Origin: Octopus sinensis
Lineage: Eukaryota
NCBI RefSeq assembly: GCF_006345805.1
Contig: NC_042999.1
Location: forward strand, 129,828,001 to 129,892,000
Direction of reading: 5' to 3'
Length of the DNA: 64,000 nucleotides
This document shows, one piece after another, positions 7,616 to 20,106 of this stretch. The position numbers were made by a program, and so were the translations under genes. Positions within the stretch are counted from its first letter, which is position 1, and each line of letters begins with the position of its first letter. The notes under the pieces were generated by a model. That model was not told the DNA's origin. It did not search any database and worked only from the letters and a program-made list of their open reading frames with translations.

Positions 7616-9798
7616 GTTATTATACCAACTCCCCCATGCAATTTCCTCCCACCCGGTGCAACCGGTCGGCTCCAGCACATCCCGCTTTCCTATATGTGCG
7701 TGTATATGCGTATATGTGTGTGTATATATATGTATGTGCACATATGTGTACGTATATGTATATATATATATATATATGTGCGCGTGTGTGTGTGTGTGTG
7801 GGTGTGTGTATGTGCATATATGTTTCCCTGCATTTTCCTCCTATATATACAAATTTTGTCTCCCATATATGTCTTCTTTTCCCTACATATTTCTTCCCCT
7901 ACACCCATATCCTTCCTATATAGTCTCTTTATTTCCCTATATCTATACCCTTTCACATTTCTAACTCGGATGTTGAACGCACACCGCCAAACTCCACTTC
8001 CCACCCTTCCAATTTTCAGTTCCCCCGCCCGCCCCTACGTGGGCACCTTTAACACACACCTCTAACTTTCAACCACCTTCATCTCATGTTAAACTTTACC
8101 AAATTATATTTTTATTTTTATTTTTATTTTTATTTTTATTTTTACTTTTATTTTTACCTTTATTCTACTTCGATTTATTCTCATTTTTATTTTCATCCCT
8201 TATCTTAATTCTTATAATTTTTATAGTTTTTATATTTCATTTCTAACCTTTACATTGTATTTCTTATTTTATACTGTATTTCTTACTTTTATTTCTAATT
8301 TTTACCCTTACCCTCATTCTTACCCCTAACTTATCGCTTTATATCTCTATATATGTCTATTTTTTTTGCTTATCCCTTATTTACTTACCTATGGATCCAC
8401 TTTATGATTATATGAGCGTCCGTGTACGTATGTATACGTATACATATATGTACATATGTACGAGTAAACACCTACGTCTGGATGTACATACCCCGTATTT
8501 CTTTTTTTACATGTTTTCTTATATTCATATGTTTACACCTATTTGTATACATCTTTTAATATCTTATAGCTATACCCATATGCGCGTATGTCTCTGTGTG
8601 TGTATGTAAGTGTATATGTGCACGCACATATGCACACACAGCCGTGTGTGCGTGCACGTGTAGACGTGAGTGCGCGATTCTTTACATACGTTCTTATATA
8701 CATCCTTTAATATCTTATATCTAAACCTGAAAGCGTGGGCATATGCGTATGTGTATGTAAGGATGGGCGCACGTATGTACATATGGGTGTGTACACGTAT
8801 AATGTCCGTGTATACATGCGGATATTCTGTTGTATGTATGTATATGTACGCGCGTGCGTGTGGGTGTGTGTGTGTGTTTATGTACATGTTTACACGTGAG
8901 TGCGTGTGTATGCTTATAGGCTTGGAGGCGTATATGTACGCGTGTATATGGGTGTATGTATCCATGATGGTATGTATGTACTAGATGACCAATTAATTCA
9001 AAGAACCAGATTAAACGCTCAACAGCTCTGATTTACAACACATTAGGTCCCCAGACGACACTGTTGATTTATTGACACCCAAAACTTCTACAACTAAATT
9101 TTATCAATCTCCTGACCATCATGTTTGGTCCGTAACCTCTATACATCCCTTATCTTTATATTTTTTTACATTTTTATCATGTTTATTCCTATTTTTATTT
9201 TTTTACTTTTTACTTTTATTTCTATTTCTATTTTTACTTTATAACCTTATGCCTTTACATTTATTTATATTCTTTATATCTCTTTATATTCTTTATACCC
9301 CCTTACATCTCCTTATATCCCTTTATATCTTTATACTCTACATTTTTATATTTTTCTATACTTACGCTTTTTATACATTTTTTATTCCTCGTCCTGAATT
9401 CTCGCCCCTCCATCTTCACGTCTATATATGTATTTATTTATTTACATTACTTCAACATCCAAATTTCCTCATTCTACATTGAGAGAAGAAAGAGATGGAC
9501 GCTTCAATTCTATGCTGCTGCCGCATTATGTCGTACGCGAATGAGAGGATTTGCCTCCCCAACCAAGAACTTTTGATGTAACACATGTCCTTGTGGAAGC
9601 TGTTGTGCGCGGCTGAAGAAGGCCACATACATACATTATGCATTGTTATAAATCTGTCTAATAAAGGCCCGAAACATATGTACCGCTGAATCCTTCGCAT
9701 CATGTTTTTATTTTGATCAATTTACTCCACCACCTACACCACCAAACGGTATACACAGGTGCTTATAATTATCAAGTACTCACCCCGAATTTTCTATA
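7564..9798 (+). repeat. Downstream pseudo-LTR (pLTR2)
   Basis: Direct repeat of 2784-5028; overlaps the last 52 nt of the ORF and ends in the (TA)n flank. Confidence 0.95.
9609..9686 (+). ncRNA. Hammerhead ribozyme (type I), pLTR2; predicted cleavage after 9682
   Basis: Same as 4840-4917 except ACAGAC>ACATAC in the distal stem II; the core is intact. Confidence 0.78.
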
Positions 9799-10404
9799 TA
9801 TATATATATATATATACATATATTTATTGTAATTGTAATATTTGGTCAACAACTGATGAGGGTTTGAAGATTATCTGCATTCTGTTATATGTATGGTCAT
9901 TTTCCCCCTTTTTCCTGTAAATTTCTTTGTCCTCACTGTGCTACATATTCCTTATTTATATATATATATTTATATCATCAATGTCATCATCATCATCATC
10001 ATTTAATGTCTATCTTCCATACTGGCATGGATTGGACTGTTTGACACGAGCTGGAAAGCCAGAGGAATGCACCAAGTTCCACCGACTGTTTTGGCATGGT
10101 TTTTATGGCTGGGTGCTCTTCCTAATACCAGCCACTTTACATAGTAGACTGGGTACTTTTTAGATGGTTCTAGCACCAATGAGGTTTTTACAGCTTCACG
10201 GTTGTGAACAAGCAGCACGATCTTACAAGCAATGTCGTTTGTTTACAGTCATCCATGAAAAACATGTCTGGCCATGAGAAATATTACCTTGCTTAGAAAT
10301 ATGTGAGGTTGGTAGCAGGAGGGGCATCCAACTGTAAAAATCTGCCTCAACAAATTCTGCCTGACCTTTGTGGACATTAACTGATGATGGCAGTATGTAT
10401 GTAT

Positions 10405-10591
10405 GCATGTATTTATGTAAGTATGTATGTATGTATGTATCATCATCATCATTTAACGTCCGCTTTCCATGTTAGCATGGGTTGGACGATGTATGTATGT
10501 ATGTGTGTATGTGTGTGTGTGTGCATGTATGTATGTATATATGTATGTATGTATGTATGTATGTACATATGTACATATGTATGCACGTATG

Positions 10592-10625
<34 letters not shown>

Positions 10626-10660
10626 TGTATGTATGTATGTATGTATGTATGTATGTATGT
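10405..10660. repeat. (TATG)n-rich microsatellite with an embedded short RTE-type tail
   Basis: Long TATG run; CATCATCATTTAACGTCCGCTTTCCATG tail at about 10440-10490. Confidence 0.85.
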
Positions 10661-11826
10661 CTCTTCTGTTTTTTAATTATTATAAATCTACCACTAAGGA
10701 GGGAGCCAGTTTCCAACTTAGATACAAGACTCCATCTTTGAGATGTAGCTAACACAGACAAATTCACATTTGAAACTTGAGAAAAGTCTTGCATATTTTT
10801 ACTGTTCCACTCACAGATTGCACTTGTAATGTATGAATTAGCTGGTCGATTTCTCTTTCTGAAAATCCCAGTTTAACCCAATTCTCCTTTAAGCATTTAT
10901 TAACAAAACCTAGTGCTCCAATTATTATTGGTATGAATATGAATTCATAGTCTGAACATAGAAGCTGGAGGTTTCAAAGCAGTTGTCCATAGCTATCCTT
11001 TTTTTTTTTTTTGATTTTCAAAGAGATATTTATATCTGCAGGGCAGCTGACTTCTGTGATGGTACATAACTTTGCCCCTCTGTCCCAGACAACAATATCC
11101 GGTCAGTTATGTTTACATTTGACAAACGTTTTGATGGGAATATTCCACCAGTATTCCGTGAGTTGGAGTTTATGAATGTATTCCATAATAGAGGGATTTT
11201 CTAAGTTTATTTCAGGACAGTCTTTTTGTAGATGGCATTGTGAATTGTTTTAGCAACAATATTGTGCCACATATAGTGAAGGCGCATGGCTCAGTGGTTA
11301 GAGCGTCGAGCTTACGATCGTGAGGTTGTGAGCTCAAATCCCGGACCAGGCTGCGTGTTGTGTTCTTGAGCAAAGCACTTTATTTCACGTTGCTCCAGTT
11401 CACTCAGCTGTAGAAATGAGTTGTGACGTCACATGTGCCAAGCTGTATCGACCTTTGTCTTTCCCTTGGATAACACTGGTGGCATGGAGAGGGGAGGCTG
11501 GTATGCATGGGCGACTGCTGGTCTTCCATAAAAACAACCTTGCCCGGACTTGTGTCTAGGAGGGTAACTTTCTAGGTGCAATCCCATGGTCATTCATGAC
11601 CGAAGGGGGTCTTTACCCTTTTATTGTGCCACATAGGGAGATAGTACTGTGATGACATTTTAGGACAGCTGCTAATCACATGCATGGTGTCTTTCACAGA
11701 AACATGACATAGCCTATACATGTGGTTGCATCTTAGGATTACAAGTGCGTCACTGTGTCTCTTGTTCACCAGGTACTCTGTGGCAATCTCCTGAACCTGG
11801 ATTGCAAACACATAGCCCTCAAAGTG
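10661..11826 (-). mobile_element. 5'-truncated R4/Dong-like non-LTR retrotransposon relic (Zn knuckle + restriction-like endonuclease), split by a SINE
   Basis: Minus-strand translation gives HFEGYVFAIQ..QEIATEYL, RLCHVSVKDTMHVISSCPKMSSQYYLPMWHN, YWWNIPIK, *PDIVVWD...ITEVSCPAD and FIPIIIGALG...VSGTVKICKTFL*, with stops. Both ends abut (CATA)n. Confidence 0.8.
11274..11621 (+). mobile_element. tRNA-derived SINE with RTE-like 3' tail and 14-bp TSD
   Basis: A-box TGGCTCAGTGG and B-box GCTCAAATCC. TSD TATTGTGCCACATA at 11260-11273 and 11622-11635. The tail CCCATGGTCATTCATGACCGAAGGGGG also occurs, reversed, near 22600 and 62760. Confidence 0.9.
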
Positions 11827-12090
11827 TGATGTGATGTGATGTATGTATGTACGTATGTACGTATGTACATATGTATGTATGTATGTATGTATGTATCTTT
11901 GTATGTTTGTATGTATGTATGTACATATTATGTAAATACATACATATGTATGTATGTATGTATTGTATGATTGTATGTATGTATTGTATGTATTGTATGT
12001 ATGTATTGTATGTATTGTATGTATGTATGTATGTATGTATGTATGTATGTATGTATGTATGTATGTATGTATGTATGTATGTATGTATAT
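11826..12090. repeat. (TATG)n / (TATTG)n microsatellite
   Basis: Directly visible. Confidence 0.9.
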
Positions 12091-12701
12091 ATACACCTCC
12101 ACACACACAAAGTTAGGCAGAAAGTAGGAACTACAGATAAGCAAGCAGATACATAGATGGATAGATGTATGTGTGTATGTAAGTTGATTGGTATTTTGTT
12201 TTATTGTCAAAGATATTACTTTACAAAACTGTAGTTTACAATAATGAATTCTAAATTGAAAATGTTATGTATTTTAGTTGGAAAAGACTCCTACCTTCCC
12301 CAAAATGTCTTAGATGCAAATGGTTGACAGCTGTATGCAATTTCTTTGCTGGGTGGTGTTTAAATTAGTTTTGCAATCAAATGTTATTGTCCTCCACTGA
12401 CTTTTTTTAACATAAAAAGAAATTTAAAGAAGGGATAGTGGGGTTAGGGTAGAAAAAAGAAATAAGATGTTAATGAAACTAAGGAATGTGCTTTAATGAG
12501 AAGGTATAACTCTTCAGTTCAGGACACAGACCCTAGTGGTTAGGGTGTCAAATTCACAATTGCAAGATTGTGGTTTCAATTCTTGGTCCTGGTGGTGTTA
12601 TCTGTTACTTGTTTCAGTCATTAGACTGCAGTCATGCTAGGTCACTGCCTTGAATTTTTAGTCGAATGAATTTTTTTAAATTGATAAAATAATTTACAAA
12701 C

Positions 12702-12955
12702 CTGTTTTCAAATTGTTGAAAATTTTCCGCACTCTTGATTTGAACCAGCCCACCAGTTCTTCACATTCAGACTGTTGTCTAAGGTTTGGAGGCTTTGATA
12801 AAATACTAACAACATAGTTATACTGAGAATTCATTTCCAAAACTTGCTGAATTAAGCTTTTCACATCAAATGTTCTTGACAAATGGACCCAACGTTCTTT
12901 GGCAGTTTTAGACTTCAAGTTAGCTAAGTTGCTGTGACTTTTTATATCAGTGAGT
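12702..12955 (-). CDS. Coding exon of the CNBD protein (region preceding the cNMP-binding fold)
   Basis: Acceptor TTTTCCTCCTTGTCTAG, donor G|GTTTGT. 84 open codons ending VSILSKPPNLRQQSECEELVGWFKSRVRKIFNNLKT, which resembles the helix motif that precedes CNBDs. Splices in frame to 1184-1271. Confidence 0.8.
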
Positions 12956-13348
12956 CTAGACAAGGAGGAAAATATAACATATTACATAAAAATTACAAAG
13001 AAACACAGCAGACAAAAATAAATGTTGGATACTTGTAGTAATCAAATATAATGTGACAAACTTATGTAGGAGTTTCTCGGTAGTCAAATCAACATTTTAC
13101 TTCTCTATTTATAAATAAAGAAGTAAATCAGAGGCAGAAGAATAATATTCATGGCATTAACAAAAACTCTCAGACTTATTTAATGCAGCCATCAAATCTC
13201 TATGCATGGATGAAAAAAAAGTAGGAAAAATATTCTATATAGAATCAAGATATGAACATTCAATAACTTTCAGTTGCTTAAATGCCACTGAAAGCAAGAC
13301 AGGCTCTAGTCTAATGGGCCTGTAAGCTTGAAACAGATTTTGTGTGTT

Positions 13349-13403
<55 letters not shown>

Positions 13404-13617
13404 TAGACAGGCAGACAGACAGACAGACAGACAGAGATAGGGATTAAAGAAACTTGGGTGAATACCTCAGTCAGCACACCATGTGGAAAACCTGGCTAAC
13501 AGAATATCCAAGAAAAGAAAATCAGAACCTGTAAACAGTAAATCCTCAGGGCATTCATACAAGCTGCAAACTGTATGAGATTCACCAATCATTTAGTTGG
13601 TGCTTTTATTGCAAAAT

Positions 13618-13935
13618 GGAGGCGCAATGGCCCAGTGGTTAGGGCAGCAGACTTGCGGTCGGAGGATCGTGGTTTCAACTCCCAGACCGGGCATTGTGTG
13701 TGTTTATTGAGCAAAAACACCTAAAAGCTCCATGAGGCTCCAGCAGGGTGTGGTGGCAACCCTGTTGTACTCTTTCACCACAACTTTCTCTCACTCTCTC
13801 TTCCTGTTTCTTGAGTAACGCTGCGATGGACTGGCATACCGTCCAGCTGGGGAGAACACATACATCACAGAAACTGGGAAACCGGGCCCATGAGCCTGGC
13901 TAGGCTTGAAAAGGGTGACGTTTATTGTTTATCGT
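13618..13935 (+). mobile_element. tRNA-derived SINE with V-domain-like core and 14-bp TSD
   Basis: A-box TGGCCCAGTGG, B-box-like GGTTTCAACTCC and core GCTGCGATGGACTGGCATACCGTCCAG, similar to the V-SINE domain as recalled. TSD TTTTATTGCAAAAT at 13604-13617 and 13936-13949. Confidence 0.8.
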
Positions 13936-15451
13936 TTTTATTGCAAAATATAATAGCAATCAGATGAAAAAAACAAAGATGATGTTATATGATTTTATTT
14001 AAGGTTATGATCATTTTGAAAGGCCTCAGGAGCCGTTCTATCACTATGCACATTGGTTTATACATACAAAATTCATATAAATGCACACCATACAATTAAT
14101 TATTGAAATAGTAGTAAATTTCCTTTCTCTCTTTTTATTGTACAAGCATACAATTAAACTTGGCAATTTCTTAGTCTTTCAGGGACTGTGGTACATACTA
14201 AACCAAAGAAGGTAATGTAACATGCCTTTTCATCTACAATCTCCATCAATTAAATTATCTTATTAGGGGAGTACTTGGTGTTTAGAACTTTGATACTATG
14301 CAACTCCAACTCCACCATAGTATATGTTTGTTGGAAACTCAAAATCTACCATGATAACTTTATGGTGGTGGTGGTGGTGGTGGTGGTGGTGGTGGTAGTG
14401 GTAAAATTTGATTCAACAATAAGCATGACCATTGCTTGTTGATGAGCTGTAAAGTACAAATGTCTCTTCTCAGTTAAATGCTCTGCAAAATCATGATACT
14501 TGACTTTGTGTACTGACATGTATCTCTTCAGACAACCAATAGAAAGATAATGGTTGAGACATGATGACAGACATGTGCTCTTTCAGGTGGGGATGATCTA
14601 TTATTGGATGGCTTTGGTTCATATAACTTTGAGTCATTAACAAGACAGGCCTTTGAAGGACAAACTGATTACAAGTTGAGCATTTGAAGGAATTATTAAT
14701 ATCAATGAGATTTCCTTTCCTTGCATCTCATTTTAATTTTTCATGTTTAACATGTTTAATGTATTTCTCTTCAAATGCTTGGCCATACAGTGTATATTTT
14801 TTTCCTACAGGCCCTCTCAAATGCATTTTATTCCAATTTATTACATGGATGTTACTTTTCTTAAAAGCTGATTTAAGGCATTTTTTGTATCTTAATTTCA
14901 GTTTGTGAGGTCTTTTTCTAGAACATACTTCCCCATAGAGTAGACACACTCGAATTTGTTCATCTTCCATATGACTATATGATCTGCTCACCACCATCTA
15001 CTATGTTGCAAGAACGCTTCTCTATTTACAACATTTGCTAACTCCATTTGCTAACACCAGGATATAAACATGGTCATTATATTAAAAACAGTTGGAGCCA
15101 AATGCATTCCAGCTGTTTAATATGTTTTTGAATACAGTTTATATTTCACATCCATATAACAAAATCAGGCATGTTTTGAATACATTGTTTGAAAATAGAT
15201 AGTTTAGTGTCATTTTATATATGTATATCCATTAAGACCGAAATAAAGATTGAAATTTGACAATGTGCAGCTAAAACTAAGTCAAAGTATTTGTGCTGCT
15301 TATAATCCTCCCAACCAAGAATTGTTTTTCATTAAATGTGTTTAGCTAATAGTCTTTTTAGTTTAGTTGAGAATTGTTTTTAATTAAGTCTAGAATTATT
15401 TTATGACTGTTCTTGTTTTGCATAGATCTCTGTGGAGTCCAGTTTTCTCTC

Positions 15452-15518
<67 letters not shown>

Positions 15519-16399
15519 TTTCTCTCACTCTGTTTGTCTGTCTGTCTTTCTATCTATCTCTTTTTCTCTCTCATTCTTTGTATTTTACTTATATTTTCTA
15601 GCATCTGTGAAAGAAGATACAGCTTGAATATATTTAGCTACTTTATCTGCATATTTTCCTCTCCACTAAGAAGAAATATATATAATGTGTGTGTGTGTGT
15701 GTGTTTAACTTTTACAAAGAAAAGGTTGACAATGACTTCGAAACTTTAGCTTGCTTGTCTCATCAGACTGTGATTGGCTATATATAATCTTTGACAAGCT
15801 GCTTTTTGAGGTCAGTGGAGCCATGTGTAATAATAGGTAGATGTGGTGTAGGAAGGCTGGCAAAATGTAACAAGGAAGGATAAAAGAGCATAGGAAGAAT
15901 GTATGTGTTTATAGGTGTAGGTTGATAGAAAATTATGGGAAGATTTATTTTGGTTTGATGTAGGAATTTTGCAATTGTTTGGAGTTCTGTCGAGTACAGA
16001 AGTAAAAATGTAAACAGATGTGTCAAATTCAGATCATGACATTATTTATTGAGAAAATTAGTTCTTGTTGCGTTTTAGAGTTCACAAAAGAATGCTTGTA
16101 GATAAACCTGTTGGCCTCACAGCATTGATCAGATGGAGGTTGAATTGGTGTTGGTGTTATTAGATCTCTAATATGAAATTTTAAATTAGGTATTTGGGAA
16201 AGTGTAGGACTGAAGAGACCATAGTATAAATAATCATTTAGATTTCCTCCTAGTGTGGCTAATTGTATTCCTATTATGTTATTGTACACATTTACATACA
16301 TGTAACTGCATCACATGATCTATAAATCCAGATGAATGCATAAAGGTGATCCCTTTTTTCCATAGGTATATTCATCTATAATGAGATATATATCTTTTA

Positions 16400-16760
16400 T
16401 CTTACTTGTTTCAGTCATTAGACTGCAGTCATGCTGGCGCACTGCCCTGAAGAAATTTTTTTAGGTGAATTAACCAATCCTAGTACTTTTTCTTTTTTTA
16501 AGCCTGGTATTTATTCTATCGATCTCTTTTGCTGAACAGCTAAGGTAAAGTGATGCAAACATACCAACATCAAAGGACAAACTCGGACACAAAAGCACAC
16601 ACACACACACATTATATGCTTCTTTCAGTTTCTGTCTACCAAATCTACTCACAAGGCTTTGGTTGGCCCAAATCTTAAAGTACAAGACATTTGCTCAAGG
16701 TGCCATACAGTGGGACTGAACCCAGAACCATCTGGTTGGGAAGTAAACTTCTTACCTGCA
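16400..16760 (-). mobile_element. SINE family A copy
   Basis: Same blocks as 418-815; boundaries approximate. Confidence 0.7.
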
Positions 16761-16821
16761 CCTATATGTATAAACAAATTATAAATGTACTAATATTATG
16801 CATTTGTCTGTGTATATATTC

Positions 16822-16868
<47 letters not shown>

Positions 16869-16924
16869 TCACACATACATATACTCATATGCATCAATAA
16901 AAATATACCTATATGGATATATAT

Positions 16925-17497
16925 AGAAAATTAATATAAACAGCAGGCTGCAATGTTCCATCAAAAAGGAGAATTATAATTGTCACTAAATGTGACTAGG
17001 ATGTTAAAAAGCACCTACAAAATGCTCTAATGCTGTAGTTAACACACAGGAATGAAAACACATACACTAACAGGAACCATAATTGTCTGAAAACTACCAA
17101 CCGACCACTCTTAAGTCTGACACATCAGTTTCAGCAATTTCCATTGTCATCATCAGTTAAGCCAGTTCAGTGTTTGACTATTTCCAGACCTGTTTCTATA
17201 TTAGTATATATGTTTTGTTCTTCCAAATTAATGGATGACTAAGCAATTCGCTAATATGTATACACAAAATTAATATAAACAGCAGGTTACAATGTTTCAC
17301 CAAAAAGGGGAATTATAATTGTTACTGAATGTGACTAGGGTGTTAAAAAACACCTACATTCCTAGAAATAAGGACTAAAATGCTCTAATGCTGTAGTTAA
17401 CACTCATGAATGAAAACATATACACTAATTGACCGAGAATTCTAAAGACTGACACATCAGTTTCGGAAATTTCCGTTACCATCATCGGTTAAGCCGA
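16925..17497. repeat. Diverged direct duplication of a ~240-bp unit
   Basis: AAAATTAATATAAACAGCAGG...CATCAGTTAAGCC at about 16925-17165 and 17266-17497, with substitutions and short indels. Confidence 0.8.
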
Positions 17498-17498
17498 T

Positions 17499-17529
<31 letters not shown>

Positions 17530-17628
17530 TATATATATGTATATACTTTATTTAAAAGCATATTACTCTACCTCTGGTATTTGAGTTCTCTTTTTTCTAC
17601 CTTGTTTCACATTTATCTGCTTAGTCCA

Positions 17629-17690
<62 letters not shown>

Positions 17691-17984
17691 TATATGTATG
17701 AATGTATGTATGTATGTATGTATGTATGTATGTACATATATGTATATATTTATAAATACACAAACATACACTGATGTATACGTACAATCCATTCATACAT
17801 ACACACAAACATACATGCCCACACATACACACATATATAAGTGCACACATGCATGTGTGTGCATGCGCACACTTGTGCATGTGTGTACATATGCATGTGT
17901 GTGTGTGTGTTTCACATCCAGTTGTAGTTCAAATGTTCTAGAGTAGGTAAAGAACCGCTTTTACATGCATCATCCTGTGACACA

Positions 17985-19545
17985 TTTGGACACATCATCA
18001 GTAATATTTATTGGGATCACAACGGGCTTTAGGTCTTTGAACAATCAGATACCTCCATCCAGATGACCTAGCTAGGATTTATCAAGTCCCAACTTGTGTC
18101 CAATTAGCACTACACCTAGTAGCACTTCCCCTTCAAGGGTTTGCACCTTCTGATCTACAGCCACCTTCAGGCAACTTCTGCTGCTGCTGCTGCTATAGCC
18201 AACTTATTGGCTTCTGTGATGCCCAGTATGTTGTAAGATCTACAGAAGGACTGACCTTCAAACCCTCTACATCCCACCTCAATGAGATCGCTCCTTGCTT
18301 GCTAGTTATGACATACCTCCACCAGCTCAACATATTTCTTTCTCTTACTTTCAATACTGTCCTCCCAGTGAATGGAGATTTCTGATGGAACAACCTGCAT
18401 GGATAATTCTGAGATCAGCTCTATATCTAACCCTAATGAAGTTGAGGTGACAGTTTTTAGCAATTTCAACTGCTTTCCTGGGTCAACTTTCATTGAGGTG
18501 GGATGTAGAGGGTTTGAAGGTCAGTCCTTCTGTAGATCTTACAACATGCAAGTAAGCCTGCAACCCTTGTTGCTGGCATCTTATTCACACCTGCCATAAC
18601 AAATGTTATCATTTTCTTTGTAGAACAGAGGTGCCTGCTATGGCTAATCTCCCTTTAGATGGTGTTGGCTATGACCTTCAGAACCTGGTCATGCTTCCAG
18701 GACTTTTGGACAGCTACAGTGAACATGTTCCAGGATTATTCTCCTCTGGCACAGGAGCAAAGAAAGCTGGTGACTTTGATTTAACATAACAGAACAATCT
18801 GGAGCAGCCTGGTAGGACATAATAAACTACCTGAATTAGGAATTTTATCCAGTGAGGCTTTGTTCTCCAAAAATCATGCCATGGAACTTCAAGAGTCAGC
18901 GCTTTGTCCTGTCTTAGCCAGTCTCTCATCCCTACATGCTTATTAACTCATTCCTCCTCACTTGACGTTCACACCTCATTCTGGATCAGCAGCCTTCTAA
19001 CCTTTCTTTATACTTTGTGATAGTGAGGTATTTTGTTGCTGCCCAAGTCAACCCTTCCGCAAGTTACAATACCTACAAGTGCCCTGCATCTTATTTATGA
19101 CTCTACAGCTTTTATACCCTCAACTGCCTGCCACTTCAATTTCGTTCTGATCTCAATACCAGCCTAACAGACTTTAGAGTCACAGTAGTTTCAATATTGC
19201 AACACCTCCACAGTTCCTTTCCCAGGCTGCAGACAGGGAGCTTCAACTTTACATACAGGGCAATATTTTTCAGGCATTGAGGAAGTTCCAGTTACTTCTG
19301 CTGGAATCCACTGATTATCCTCTCAAAGTTTTCTATTGTGGATTCATGAAGGAATAAAAGAATACATTGGAGGATGCCATGCTGGTAAATTCAGGTCTTA
19401 AACTTACCAGGAATATCTGACTAGTTCACTATGGATAGCCAGGCTTCTAATTCCTTGTTAGTTTCATAGGTGAATAATGTATCTCTCAGCCAGCTATAGA
19501 ACACCTTTTCCAGGTTCTTCACTGGTTTCTTGCTGATAGATGGTA
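17985..19545 (-). mobile_element. Decayed HERO-like (NeSL group, RLE) non-LTR retrotransposon 3' part
   Basis: Minus-strand translation fragments: PSISKKPVKNL.KVF, IKFLIQVVY.VLP, PLCQRR..LEH..CSCPK...HDQVLKVIA, HWEDSIESKRKKYVELVE, IEVGCRGFEGQS, RWLWI; HERO-like 3' end ...ACTGATGATGTGTCC. Confidence 0.8.
18228..18547. repeat. Perfect 58-bp inverted repeat (18228-18285 / 18490-18547), 204-bp spacer
   Basis: Base-by-base reverse-complement match. Confidence 0.95.
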
Positions 19546-20106
19546 TTAGTACACTACTGACCAAGAAAACAAACCTGCTTCTATCTCAGCATTTTTTCAA
19601 CACAAGATATCTGAACTTAACTTGATTCAATGCCATTTTTTACCCTCCTAAGTCAATGAATAGAGTCCTAAAGTTTAAGGCCTTCAAAATATTGTTAAAT
19701 GAAAGAAAACATGAAGTAAGTTATAACTTATTTGAAATAAATATTTTATGGCTACAAGAATGGTAAGTGATATAACCTCATAAATATAGATTAGATAAAC
19801 ATTACAAGTGAACAGTAATAATTATTTCAACTGAATTGCATGGGATACATATTTCAGACTAATCCAAATCAGAGAAATAAATCATTAAGGGAAAAAATGT
19901 TTCTATTGAACAAATCAAAAATCAAACTTTTCTTCAATTTGTAATATAATTACTTTTTGTTATTGTTTTATTTTATTCTTTTTCCTTGGACATTTTTTTT
20001 TTCAGCTTTGTAAAAAGATCCATTGTTACATGGCTAAATATATTTAGTTTATCACTCAAGGCAATAACATTATATAAAAAAAAAAATAAACTGTAAATAT
20101 CATTAC

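Larger units (their letters stand above)
1888..9798 (+). mobile_element. Penelope-like retroelement (PLE): inverted partial pLTR + pLTR + RT/GIY-YIG ORF + pLTR; probably Hydra-type
   Basis: RT plus C-terminal GIY-YIG ORF, ~2.24-kb direct repeats overlapping the ORF 3' end, hammerhead motifs in the repeats, inverted 5' segment and insertion in (TA)n. All are PLE hallmarks. The clade assignment rests on recalled features (CxCx5CP linker, TA target) and needs a phylogeny. Confidence 0.95.

Noticed and set aside
11278-11350. tRNA-like heads here and at about 12530, 13620 and 32930 as tRNA genes
   Set aside because: They continue into SINE bodies, lack a full cloverleaf and, where checked, have TSDs.
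10384-12210. Many YVCM/HTYI-repeat ORFs here and at about 17560-17950, 21500-21790 and 34270-34700
   Set aside because: Translations of (TATG)n, (TG)n and (TA)n microsatellites.
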